From assembly GCA_002269645.1 (NCBI GenBank), contig NIVC01000186.1, forward strand, positions 558,001 through 622,000: DNA of 64,000 nucleotides, in the 5' to 3' direction. Each line of letters begins with the position of its first letter. Within the stretch, counting starts at the first letter, position 1. Origin of the DNA: Macrostomum lignano (lineage: Eukaryota). Shown piece after piece: positions 29,621 to 42,411 of this stretch. Both the position numbers and the translations under genes were made by a program. The notes beneath the pieces are model-generated. The model was not told the origin of the DNA. It did not search any database and saw only the letters and a program-made list of their open reading frames with translations.

Positions 29621-31714
29621 TCAGTCGCACAGCTTCATCAAGTAGTCATGCTGCCCCACCGTCATCGGCTCCGTCAGCCATTCCCACACTTTCTGCCGCG
29701 TCGCCTCATCGCAGTAGCCGGCGCCCACGAAGTCTGGCAGCGGGTGGCGCCACTTCGCCGGAGTTTTTGCTCGAAAATCTTCGTAGCTGGCGTAACCGGA
29801 AGACGCTAGCGGAGTTCGCAGCGGCCTCGGACCGGAGGCGAATGCTTCCTCCTGGTTCTGCTGCCGCTGCTCGGGATGAAGCTGCCTAGACGGTGGAGGC
29901 TGGACAGACACGATCGCCTCCTCCTCCATCTCCGCCTGCGATCGGTAGGCATCTGACAGTCCCACCTGCCTGAGGATGCGCATCGCCTGGCCGCGCGCCT
30001 CCGCCTCGGTTCTCGAGTGCCACCGGCTCGCCTGCGACGCCAGCGGAGTCGCCAAGCTGCGACGTCGGGGATCCGCCGAAGTGGAGAGCAGAGTGGCTGG
30101 AGACCGCATCGGAGGCGGCGGCGGCGGCGTCTGCTGCGCCTGCTGAGGACGCTGCAGTCTGGACGACTGGGATCTGGAAGATAGAAGTTATTTAAAAATT
30201 GATTGAAATATATAAATTGTTTTAGCAAATATCTTAGCAAAAACAGTAGTAAGATATAGCACAACGCCACCTGCTTAACGATCCGTAGCTAACTCACTTT
30301 AACCGTGTCTTTGATGTGCCGCCAACTCCCCTTCCTGTGTGTTTGATATGCCGCAAACCCAACCTCTACGTGTTTGATGTGCCGCTAACACTCATTTCCC
30401 GTGTGTTTGATGTGCCGCCAACACTTCTTTCCCGTGTGTTTGATGTGCCGCCAACACTCATTTCCCGGGTCTTTGATGTGCCGCCAACACTCATTTCCCG
30501 TGTCTTTGATGTGCCGCCAACACTCCTTTCCCGTGTGTTTGATGTGCCGCCAACTCCCCTTCCTGTGTGTTTGATATGCCGCAAACCCACCTCCACGTGT
30601 TTGATGTGCCGCCAACACTCCTTTCCCGTGTGTTTGATGTGCCGCCAACACTCCTTTCCCGTGTGTTTGATGTGCCGCCAACACTCCTTTCCCGTGTGTT
30701 TGATGTGCCGCCAACACGGATCATTTCCCGTGTGTTTGATGTGCCGCCAACACTCATTTCCCGTGTGTTTGATGTGCCGCCAACACTCATTTCCCGTGTG
30801 TTTGATGTGCCGCCAACACTCATTTCCCGTGTGTTTGATGTGCCGCCAACTCCCCTTCCTGTGTGTTTGATATGCCGCAAACCCACCTCCACGTGTTTGA
30901 TGTGCCGCCAACACTCCTTTCCCGTGTGTTTGATGTGCCGCCAACACGGATCATTTCCCGTGTGTTTGATGTGCCGCCAACACTCATTTCCCATGTTTTT
31001 GATATGCCGTCAACTCCACTTCCTGTGTGTTTGATGTGCTGCCAACTCCACTTCAAGTGCCGCCAACTCCGTTAACTCCACTTCTTGTGTGTCTGATGTG
31101 CCGCCAATCCAACCTCCCCGTGTTTGATGTGCCGCAAGCACCCTTTTCTCAGCAGATTTGATCACATAAAAATTTTGTCAAGACGCAATAAGAACTAATT
31201 ATCTTTTGGAAAAAATATTTCACCTGGCCAGGGTCCACCTTGACCTCCGCTGGCTGCCAGCATCGCCTACGTTGCTATCAACGACGAACTCCTCGTCGTC
31301 TTCGAACGCTTCGGGCGCTGTCCGTGGCGCCACCCGACGCGCCGATTGAAGGCTGCGCCTTGTGGGCGCATCTGTGGGCCACCGGCCGGCCAAGGTTCGC
31401 TCCCTGTACTTGTCAACAATGCGCTGCGCCTCGGCGATGACCTCGCGAGTGCCCGCCGAGCTAAACGGCCTCAGGTTGAGCCGCCCCAACTCGTTGGCGG
31501 CGTCGCCGTCCAGGTCGCGCTGGGCCACGCTGAACGGGCGCTGGAACCGCTGGCGCTGGTCCGGCCGGTGCGGACCTCCGCTAGCCAGCAGGTGCCGATC
31601 TGCTGGCAGGTTGAACTCGCTGCTCACCGCCACCGAGGACCGAGACAGGGCCGCCCGGTAGCCGCGAAGGTCGGGCAAGTCGCGGCCAAGTCGGCCGAAA
31701 TCGACGGCGGCCAT
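29621..31714 (-). CDS. Uncharacterised protein, about 347 aa; exons 31714-31224 and 30173-29621
   Basis: AAAATGGCC start; AG|gtgaaa donor and cttccag|A acceptor are phase-consistent (491+553 = 1044 nt); GC-rich coding composition; non-repetitive C-terminus KVWEWLTEPMTVGQHDYLMKLCD. Confidence 0.75.
30305..31140. repeat. 33-bp minisatellite (TGTGTTTGATGTGCCGCCAACACTCATTTCCCG)n in the intron of the 347-aa gene
   Basis: Directly visible. Confidence 0.93.
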
Positions 31715-32504
31715 TTTGATTGAGCAATTTTGTTTTCGTCCGGAACTGTCCGCTTCTATAATTGTAAAAATAAAGCACACTATTATAAAATGGCGAATGA
31801 GAGACCAGTTGAAAAGAGAGATTCTGCCCCGCGTCATTTATGGAACTTTGCGCTGAGAGCCGAGCGTAGGATGACAGAGATTTCGCTTCGAATAGAGAGA
31901 GAGAGAGAGAGAGAGTAGAAAGCTCTGTTAGCTGCAGATTGAGCAGCCTGTTAGTTGCCGTATAGTTTGCTTGCTTTCTGTACCTCTTACCTGTCTCTCG
32001 TCTCTTGTCGCCCAGTAATTGTACCTATAGAGCAGCATGGATTAAAATGAATAGTTGGTAGGTCATGTGACAATAGGCCACCTGCCTGCATGCGCCAAAG
32101 AAGGTTGCGTAGCTCATCAGATATCAAAATAAAGGCAGCTATAATATCTTGCTTCCTTTGAAAATTCATAGAAGATAGCAAGCGTATATTCCTCCGGTAA
32201 AGTGCGCGGCAAGGGCAGGACTCATGATGCAAACTATGCAAACTTTGCTCCAAACAAATGCCAAAACGAAAGGTTTGATACAATAATAAGGGCATCTACC
32301 GGGGGTGCAACCAGAGTAGAAGTATTTAAAAGAGCCATTCTCTTCTCACACAATCCAATTCAATTAGCAAAAAGACACAGAGGCCGCTCGCTTATTGATG
32401 ACGACGGCAGCCGTTTTGAAAGTGGCAGATTTTTTTGGCAGACTGAGATTAAGTGCAGACACTCGGAGCTAATGGCATTCCAAACAAGAATATGCAACAT
32501 CATT

Positions 32505-32690
32505 AGGATTCCCAACATTGGATATGCCTCATCAACAGCATTTCCAACATGGATATACCTCATCAACAGCATTCCCAACATGAATATGCCTCATCAGTAG
32601 CATTCCCAACATTAGATATGCCTCATCAGTATCATTCCCAACAAGGATATGCCTCATCAGTAGCATTCCCGACATGGATATGCCTCATTA
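32505..32690. repeat. 31-bp minisatellite (GGATATGCCTCATCAACAGCATTCCCAACAT)n, about 6 units
   Basis: Directly visible. Confidence 0.88.
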
Positions 32691-34083
32691 TTAGCACACC
32701 CATTGTTATACAAAGCTAAATCGCGGACTCCAAATTCATATACTACTAGAACCGGGAATAAAATATCCAGCTGCGTGAAATATGATGTACGAGCTATACT
32801 ACTGCAACAATCCAACAGTAGTCAGTAGCACACTTCAAAGCTCTGAGAGAGTAGAATTTATTCATCATACACAGAAAATGATACGTTTGTAGTCTTTAAA
32901 TTATAAACGGATAATTTTGGATTATGAAATTCGCATTCTCAACATGAGATGCTGAAATGTGAAACCAAAAAATTATGAATATGACGTGAAGGATTTTTTT
33001 ATTTAATTTTCTTTCCAACCCCCGGGGCAGGAAACGAGAAGTGTCGCTCCGTGGCAAAACCAATAAAATCTGTATTTGAATGAAATCCAATATGCCCTGG
33101 GGTAGGTCAGCTTCATTTTCACCAGAGAGCACCAGATTAGGAGTCTGGAGTGAAACGCTTTTTTTGCAACTTTGTAGCAGCTTTCAGGTTGAAAATAAAA
33201 ATCTTCACAATCTCTGAACTGTCCGCGAGCTCTGGAGAATGGAGATTCCTAATCCATAGTCAGAGCTCGGTTTCCATTCCAGACTTCTATAGATTTCATG
33301 CTGTCCATGATCCAGCACAGAGGGTGCACAATCTCAGCCTGGGGGGGGTAAAAGACCGGGCCACTTCCTGAGAAAAGGTGAGACGCATTTAGATAAATTG
33401 GCCAGACAGATAGCAGCTATAACAGATGGAGCGCGACCAGCCTCTCAATTCCGTTCTCTTTCCTTCTTCTTTTCTTCTTAATTTTCGGCTCATTTCAAAC
33501 TTCTACCCGACCCTGGCAGGAGAGGGGGGTTTGAACTGGGGAGGGGGTCGGGCCGGGGACTGCCTGGTTGCTTAGCAACGCTCAAGAGACGAGCGAGAAA
33601 GCAGAGAGGAGAGACGCGATGATTGTGCGCACCGAAGGAGAGTGACTGCGGAGAGCAAGAGAAGAGAGTCTAAATATGACCGAGGTGGAAAGGCCCGGTG
33701 TGCTCAAAAAGGCGTCCCCCGCCTCTGTCTCTTTATTGGTTGCCGTGCGTTTTCTACTATTCTATAACACAGCCAGGGAAATTTCAGTCATTTTATTTGA
33801 AAACAGCCATTGTCTGCTAGCAGCTGCAGCCAGTCGTGACGCGCATTTGCTCAGAAAAAATGAAAACGGACTGAATTGGCGCGCATCGCTGCGGGTTGTC
33901 CTTGAGCGTATATATATATATATTTATAATTGCTGTGTCTGTCAAAACTACAGCTCGAACGCTTCCTGTCCGACAGAGAAAAAAACTACAATCAAAACTT
34001 CTGAGCAGAGCTTTAATCTATGCTAGCCGACTAGCCACCGATTAAAGAACTTCTATAGCAACTAGCTCCAATCAGAGTTCGAA

Positions 34084-37000
34084 ATGGCCGAATCGCCAGA
34101 GCAGGACACCAACAGGAGCGGCCAGGCCGGCGAAGAGATCAACCCCGAAAGCTTAGGCGACCCCAGCGTCGGCTTCACCCTTGACGAGCTCCGTCGCGTG
34201 CAGATGACCCGCGGCCGCAAGCCGCCGAAATCGCCGCTCGAGCCGGGCACGCGGCCGCTGCCCTATCCTAGCAACCGTTGCCGGGCGGACCTGTACCGGC
34301 CGGAGGATCTGGCGCATATCGGCCCGCTGGCCAGACAGGTGCTGCCGACGGAGGAAGACACCTGGGAGTCGTTCACTCGCACACTGATGGACACCTGCAA
34401 GTGCCAGACTGACCTGGAGAAGGTGCGCGCCGCTTTCGAATGGGTCGGACAGGCGGACCCAGCCAGGGCCGGGCGGGATGCCGAGGGCAGGAAGAAGGAC
34501 TCGCCGCTGGACATTCTGGCGCGCTGCCGGCAGGAGAAACTTTTCTCAGCGCTCTTCCAGCGAATCATCGCGTGAGTTCGTCCGTCCCTGTCCTGTGTGC
34601 TTATCGGTGTGTGTCTGTCCTGTGTGCTTATCGGTGTGTGTCTGTCCTGTGTGCTTATCGGTGTGTGTCTGTCCTGTGTGCTTATCGGTGTGTCTGTCCT
34701 GTGTGCTTATCGGTGTGTGTCTGTCCTGTGTGCTTATCGGTGTCTGTCTGCCCTGTGTGCTTATCGGTTTGTGTCTGTCCTGTGTGCTTATCGGTGTGTG
34801 TCTGTCCTGTGTGCTTATCGGTGTGTGTCTGTCCTGTGTGCTTATCGGTGTGTGTCTGTCCTGTGTGCTTATCGGTTTGTGTCTGTCCTGTGTGCTTATG
34901 GGTTTGTGTATGTCCTGTGTGCTTATGGGTTTGTGTATGTCCTGTGTGCTTATCGGTGTGTGTCTGTCCTGTGTGCTTATCGGTGTGTGTCTGTCCTGTG
35001 TGCTTATCGGTGTGTGTCTGTCCGTGTCCTGTGTGCTTATCGGTGTGTGTCTGTCCTGTGTGCTTATGGGTTTGTGTCTGTCCTGTGTGCTTATGGGTTT
35101 GTGTCTGTCCTGTGTGCTTATGGGTTTGTGTCTGTCCTGTGTGCTTATCGGTGTGTGTCTGTCCTGTGTGCTTATCGGTGTGTGTCTGTCCTGTGTGCTT
35201 ATGGGTTTGTGTCTGTCCTGTGTGCTTATCGGTTTGTGTCTGTCCTGTGTGCTTATGGGTTTGTGTCTTTCCTGTGTGCTTATGGGTTTGTGTCTGTCCT
35301 GTGTGCTTATGGGTTTGTGTCTGTCCTGTGTGCTTATGGGTTTGTGTCTGTCCTGTGTGCTTATGGGTTTGTGTCTGTCCTGTGTGCTTATGGGTTTGTG
35401 TCTGTCCTGTGTGCTTATGGGTTTGTGTCTGTCCTGTGTGCTTATTGGTGTGTGTCTGTCCTGTGTGCTTATCGGTGTCTGTCTGTCCTGTGTGCTTATG
35501 GGTTTGTGTCTGTCCTGTGTGCTTATCGGTTTGTGTCTGTCCTGTGTGCTTATGGGTTTGTGTCTTTCCTGTGTGCTTATGGGTTTGTGTCTGTCCTGTG
35601 TGCTTATGGGTTTGTGTCTGTCCTGTGTGCTTATCGGTGTGTGTCTGTCCTGTGTGCTTATGGGTTTGTGTCTGTCCGTGTCCTGTGTGCTTATCGGTGT
35701 GTGGCTGTCCTGTGTGCTTATGGGTTTGTGTCTGTCCTGTGTGCTTATCGGTGTCTGTCTGTCCTGTGTGCTTATCGGTGTCTGTCTGTCCTGTGTGCTT
35801 ATCGGTTTGTGTCTGTCCTGTGTGCTTATCGGTTTGTGTCTGTCCGTGTCCTGTGTGCTTATCGGTGTGTGTCTGTCCTGTGTGCTTATGGGTTTGTGTC
35901 TGTCCTGTGTGCTTATCGGTGTGTGTCTGTCCTGTGTGCTTATCGGTTTGTGTCTGTCCTGTGTGCTTATCGGTTTGTGTCTGTCCGTGTCCTGTGTGCT
36001 TATCGGTGTGGGGCTGTCCTGTGTACTTATCGGTTTGTGTCTGTCCCTATCCTGTGTACTTATCGGTTGGTGTCTGTCCCTATCCTGTGTACTTATCGGT
36101 TGGTGTCTGTCCCTATCCTGTGTACTTATCGGTTGGTGTCTGTCCCTATCCTGTGTACTTATCGGTTAGTGTTTGTCAATGCTATTGAAATCGGATTCTA
36201 GCGCACTAAATGCACTGGTGCCACACCAAAGCAACCAACTGCAGCACTGTCTGTCTATCAGGCAAAGCCATAGGATGATAGGCTGTCATCTATTTCTCAG
36301 AGAGCTCTCTGCCGGTGCCACTTTAATATCAAAATGGAAAGCCAATTAATCGCTTTTTTGGAGTCCGTGGAAACAGCTCAGGATCTCCCAAAGCGCAGGA
36401 TATTTACCCTCAACTTTCCCTCTCTCATTTTTGCAACCTGACTTCTCCGATCCCCCAGCTCCTCCGTTCTCAGATCCCGGAAGCTGGCGATGGGGCTGGG
36501 GAAGAAAAATTTTGGCAACTCTCTCCTCCTCCCATCCCGTCTCACTGAATCGCCCATCGTTACCATTGACAACGCCACGTCGCTTTCCAAGAATGCAAAA
36601 CTGAAGAAGAAAAAGAAGAAGTAAGAAGCGAAAGAAAAAAACTAGGCAGGCAGGTGGCCGCCCGTCTCGGGTCGATTATTAACTGGTGGGGGGGGGTTGC
36701 CATCCGGGGTCCAGTTTGAAGTGGGAGAAGGGGCTCAATGACGAACTCCCACCCTCATCTGCTCTCTTTCTCGTTTCATCTTCTGAGTTTGAAGCCTCAT
36801 CCAACTTTGAAAAAAGCAATCTAAGTTGATGATGCCTGCCTGGCTTGGAGTATCGTTAATTAACTGAGCTTCATCGAACAGTTTCAGTAGCACATGGCTT
36901 AACGCAGACCTTTGAAGTTACTAGCAGGCATGGATGTCTGAAAATAAGTTCTGGACAGAGTAACGTAATAGAATCGAAAAACAGCTACATGTGTCGATGA

Positions 37001-40000
37001 ATCCCAAAATTAAATTCCAGAATCCCAAACCGCTCATCTCAGAATCCTAACCCGTAAATCCCCGAACCCCAACCTGTAAATCCCAGAATCTCAACACGAA
37101 AATCCAAGAATCCCAAACCGCTAATCCCAGAATCCCAACCCGCAAACCCCAGACCCCAACCCGTAAATCCCAGAATCCCAATCCGAAAATCCCAGAATCC
37201 CGACCCTTAAATCCCAGAATCCCAAACCGCAAATCCCAGAATCCCAAACAACTAATCCCAGAAACCCAAACAACTAATCCCAGAATCCCAACCCGATAAT
37301 CCCAGAATCCCAACCCGTGAATCCCAGAATCCCAACCCGCAAATCCCAGAATCCCTACCCATGAATCCCAGAATCCCAACCCGTGAATCCCAGAATCCCA
37401 GAATCCCAACCCGTGAATCCCAAAATCCCAACCCGTGAATCTCAGAATCCCAACCCGTGAATTCCAGAATCCCAACCCGCAAACCCCAGAACCCAAACCG
37501 CAAATCCCAGAAACCCAAACAACTAATCCCAGAATCCCAAACCGAAATCCCAGATTCCCAAAACCGCAAATCCCAGAATCCCAACCCGCAAATCCCAGAA
37601 TCCCAACCCACGAACTCCCCGAACCCGGCTCCCGCAGGTACGCAGACGTGGACTACGAGCTGGTTCGCGGCTACAAGAAGGGCACCTCCTATCGAGTCGG
37701 GCAGCGCATCGAGCCGAACCGCGACCGGGGCCTCTGGTTCGCCGTGCTAATCGACGGCGAATGGCGATTCGTCGACGCGCACTGGGGCTGCTGCCACGTG
37801 TCCGGGGAGAACAGCGGCGAGTGGAACAGGATCCAGGAAGACGGCGGAGTGCAGACGTCGACTAGGACTCAGGGCACCGTGGTGTACTCGTGCAACGAGA
37901 CCTACTTCCTCACCGACCCGTGGAAGATGATCTTCAAGCACTTCCCGGAGAGGCCGGAGTGGCAGCTGCTGCCGGAGCCGCTGACCAAGGATCAGTTCGA
38001 GCAGCTGCCCTACCTGTTCCCCGACCTGGTTGAGGCATTCGGCCTGAGACTGCTCAGCCACAAGAAGTCAGTAGCGCTGGTGCCGCACTCCGGACGGTTG
38101 AGCATCGAACTGGAGGAGTCCGGCGAGATTCACGAGTACATGGCGCTGCTGTACATCCACTCCAGCGACACCATCAACTTCCGGCAGAAGCAGATCAAGC
38201 TAGCCAGATTTTTGGCGGTGAAGCGGGCCGGAAATCAACTGCAAATCGAGGTTTACCCGCCAAAGCCGGGAAAGTACCTGTTGGTGCTGCAGGTGAGTGG
38301 CTTATGGTAGTTTCGGACAATGATTCCGGGTAGTTTCGGACAGCGATTCCGGGCAGTTCCGGACAGTGATTCCGGGCAGTTTCGAACAGGGATTCCGGGT
38401 TGTTTCAGAAGTCGGTAGTTTCGGACAGTGATTCCGAGTAGTTTCAGACAGGGATTCCGAGCAGTTTCGGACAGGGATGCTGGGTAGTTTCGGACAGTGA
38501 TTCCGGGTATTTTCGGACAGGGATCTGAGATAGCTTCGGACAGGGATTCTGGGTAGTTTCGGACAGGGATCCGAAATAGCTTTAGACAAGAGTTCGGAGT
38601 AGTTTCAGACAGGAGTTCGAAGTATCAATAGTTTCGGACAGGGGCTCTACGTAGGTTCAAGACGAGGGTTCCGGGTAGTTTCGGACAGATGTTCGGGGTA
38701 GTTTCGGACAGATGTTCGGAGTAGTTTCGGACAGGGATTCTAGGTAGTTCCGGACAGGGGTTTCTGGTAGTTTCGGACAGATATTCCGGGTAATTTGGAC
38801 TTCGGAGTAGTTTTGGACAGGAGTTCGGAGTAGTTTTGGACAGGAGTTCGGAGTAGTTTCGGACAGGAGTTCGGAGTTTCGGACAGGAGTTCGGAGTAGT
38901 TTCGGACAGGGGTTCCGGGCAGATTCAACCGTTGATTCTCCCACTCCGCAGGGCCACAGCGATGGTAGTCCGGCGGCGGGCGGCTCGGCGGCGGCCGGCC
39001 AGATGATGGACCTGGTGCACTACGTGCTGCACTGCCATCGGGCCAGCGACTTCGTCGAGCCAATGCCGGAGAACCAAGCGGACGAGTGGGGCCTCGGCGC
39101 CCGAGCGGAGAAGATCGGCGTGGAAGCGGTGAGCCACCCGGATGCGGAGATCCGGCTGCAGGACGGCGAGCAGACGATCCAGCTGCGGGCTAAGCAGGAC
39201 GAGCTGGAGTACCGCTGCGAGCTGCGCAGCCAGCTGGACACGGAGCCGCTGGCTGACTACGAGCCGCTTGTGTGGCATCAGGACGGCTTCGACCTCGTCC
39301 ATGTGGTGGCGCCCGGCGCCGGCCGGTTCGGCCTGGCGATCCGCGCCAGGCGCCGCTCGGACAAGGAAAGCCAATTCGAGCCGGTGTGCGACTACCTGCT
39401 GGAGTCGGAGGTCGGCGCCGACGGCTCGGAGGACCCGCTGCCGCCGATGCGCCTGATCGGCAGCCTGGCCTGCCCGGACGAGGCCGCCGCGGCCAGGCTG
39501 AAGGCTATGAACGCCAGGCCGGAGCCGAAGTCGCCGTACATCCGGGCCAGCGAGCCGGAGATCTGCCTGGCCTGGCAGCACCGGCCCACTGAGCGGCTGA
39601 GCGCCGAGCTGTACAAATTCGACGCCGGCTCGGCTTCGCTTCGCCGTCTGCCTGATGGCCAGCTGTTCAACCAGGGCGTTGACGTTGGAGACGGCACCGA
39701 GTTTCGGGTGCGCTTTGCCGAGAATGGCTGCCATCTGCTGAGGCTGTTCGCCGACGCCGATGACAGCAGCCGCGAGCTGGTGTACACCTACCTGATCCGC
39801 AGCTGCGCCCGTCTCGACGAACCGCTGGTTGCCTTCCCGACACGCGGACCGGCTTGGCGAGCCCCGGCCTGCCGTCTGGAGAGCGGCGGCCTGGACGGCG
39901 AATTGGCGCCGGGCTGCGCGGCGCCGATCCGACTGCGTGTCGGCGACCTCGGCGAGGTCAACGGTGAAAACGTTGGCGTGTTCGCGGGGGAGACGCCATT

Positions 40001-42411
40001 TCAACTGGATGGCGACTGCTGGACGGGCGACCTGCCGGCCGAGGCGGAGGGCAGTCGGTTTGAGCTTCGCTGCGGCGGCCAGGCGCTGCTGTCCTACCGA
40101 GTGCTCACCGAGGCGGAGCTGCGGCGCCGGGAGGAGGCCGGCGGGAAAGAGGCCGAGGCGCGGAATCGGCGCCGCGACGAACAGAGCGAGCAGCGGGAAG
40201 CCGAGCGTCAGGAGCGCCAGCGCCAGGAGGAGGGCCGGCGCAAGGAGGCCGCAGAGGAGGCCGCAGGCGGCGGCGCCAAGAAGCAGCATCGACCGGGCTC
40301 GGCAGCGTCCTCGAAGTCCAGCGGCGGCTCCAAGCACGACGGTGGAGCGGCGGCGGAAGAAAAATCGTCTTCGTCCAAGTCGGCATCGCCGGTCAAGAAG
40401 TCGGGTCAGTCGTCGCCGTCGAAAGCCCGAGAGTCTCGCTTCCGGTCTAGATCCCGATCCCGATCCCGATCCCACTCTAAATCCCAGTCCAGATCTCGAT
40501 CTCGGTCACGCAGCCGGTCGGAGTCCTCGGCCGACGAAACGGGCCGAAGGTCCGGCAAGGCTGTCGGTGGCCGCAAAGAAGCGGCTGGGGGCGGTGAGTC
40601 ACGTGACGAGCGAAAAGCCAGGAAGCGCGAAGAGCGGGAGAAACGTGAGTTCGATTTTCTATATAAAAAAATAAGTCCACATGTACGTCTGTTAGGCCCT
40701 TATAGCACGCTCCCATCATCCTCTCCGTTCCGATTCAGGCGAACTAAGGAAATACTGCCGCGGCCAACTGCTCGACGCCCTGCGCCGCAAGAAGATGAAG
40801 CCGCTGAAGCGAGCGATGGACGAGTGGGAGGAGAATAAATTCTCTCTGAATGACGATCTGTTTATATTCTCTAAGAGCTACTATCGGATGATGGAGCTGC
40901 GAGAGAGTGAGTGAATTGGGTTGCTAAAGGGTTGAAGCAGATGCCGAATTTGGGACGTATCTTGCACCTCCTTCAGTGGGCGAACGCACATAAAAATATT
41001 TTCGATTCCTCATCAAAATAGAGCTAAAAGACAGCATCCGAGAGGCCAAAGCCAAGCGAGACAAAGAGTACATCGGCAAAGTACTAGAAGAGATCAACAA
41101 TGAGTTCTTTATGGACGAAATTCTGACCGAACTGGACCCAGACGTGCGCCGCGCTTTGGAAGTCTATCGACGATTCGATCGAATCGACAAGATCACCATA
41201 AAGCCGCTGAATCTTGACGAGAAGTCAAAGCTGGAGCTGGCCTCCTATTCCAGCCCGGATAAGAGCGTGCACATCACCTGCATGTCCGTGCTGCTCCTCA
41301 TGGGATACTATGAGAAGCGGACTAGGGTAAGTGCAGTGCATACTAAGATAACGACCACCTAGAGGTATCAATGAAAAAAATAGAACTTTGGGGTTGTCTG
41401 GATGAGCGTGGGATGGAAGGGGCAGGGAATAAAGTGGGTGTTTGGCTGGGTGGAAAATCGGAAAGGCCTAGATGAGCGCGGGAGGGGAGGGGCAAGGAGT
41501 GAGGTGGGTGTTTGGTTGGATGGAAAATCGGAAAGGCCTAGATGAGCGCGGGAGGGGAGGGACAAGGAGTGAGGTGGGTGTTTGGTTGGATGGAAAATCG
41601 GAAAGGCCTAGATGAGCGCGGGAGGGGAGGGGCAAGGAGTGAGGTGGGTGTTTGGTTGGATGGAAAATCGGAAAGGCCTAGATGAGCGCGGGAGGGGAGG
41701 GACAAGGAGTGAGGTGGGTGTTTGGTTGGATGGAAAATCGGAAAGGCCTAGATGATCGCGGGAGGGGAGGGGCAGGGAGTGAGGTGGGTGTTTGGCTGGG
41801 TGAAAATCTGAAAGGCCTGGATGAGCGCGGGATAGGAGGGGCAAGGATTGGGGTGGGTGTTTAGCTGGGTAGAAAATCGGAAAGGAACGAGTAGTAGTGC
41901 TATCGCTATCTCTGTTCCTATTGCAGAAATGGCGCCGTTGTCAGCCCCTGATCCGTGCGCTGAAGGTTGCCGATTTTAACCGGCTAGATCCGGCAAGCGT
42001 TCACCCGGCGATTGCGGCCAGAGCGAGAGAGCTGGTGTCTAATCTGGACGTGAAGGAGGTGGCATTGAAGAGCGCCGCTGCGGCGGCCTTTTTTGACTGG
42101 GTAAGATTCTGAAAATGCAGAATCGGATTCGACAGCAGCGATTAAAGCTTCCGGTTGCAACAATATTATTTATTGCCTTCAACAATAAACACTCGCTTCC
42201 CATCCAGTCACTCAACGCTGTGACAGCGGTTGGCGACCTGAACGACGACAGCGACACGAAGCCGGCCAGCATCAAGAAGCAGAAGAAGCTGTTCAAAGTT
42301 TCGGCCGAGGAGGATGCCGACCTGGACTGGGAGGATAAGGGCAAGCGAGTTCAAACGGCAAATGCTAACTCTGCCGGCGGCAGGGGCCGCGGCCGACCGC
42401 CGAGGAGGTGA
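34084..42411 (+). CDS. Hillarin/KY-like transglutaminase-fold protein (about 1228 aa) with an RS-rich linker and a dynein-MTBD-like C-terminus; exons 34084-34571, 37638-38292, 38952-40644, 40739-40906, 41022-41326, 41927-42100, 42208-42411
   Basis: KY/hillarin motifs [62 protein letters not shown]. All six GT-AG introns are phase-consistent (3687 nt). Confidence 0.85.
34586..36170. repeat. 27-bp minisatellite (GTCTGTCCTGTGTGCTTATCGGTGTGT)n starting just after the intron 1 donor
   Basis: Directly visible. Confidence 0.96.
36995..37615. repeat. About 22-bp minisatellite (AATCCCAGAATCCCAACCCGCA)n ending just before the intron 1 acceptor
   Basis: Directly visible, degenerate. Confidence 0.9.
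38306..38925. repeat. 23-bp minisatellite (GGGTAGTTTCGGACAGTGATTCC)n filling intron 2
   Basis: Directly visible. Confidence 0.92.
41400..41885. repeat. 70-bp minisatellite, about 7 units, filling intron 5
   Basis: GAAAGGCCTA recurs at 41461, 41531, 41601, 41671, 41741. Confidence 0.93.

Noticed and set aside
36378-36590. Nested antisense gene in hillarin-like intron 1
   Set aside because: 70-aa ORF without recognisable features or coherent splice structure
38925-40475. 516-aa antisense ORF, and similar antisense ORFs over par-3, glass and PAL exons
   Set aside because: Expected shadows of GC-rich coding exons on the opposite strand; no independent motifs
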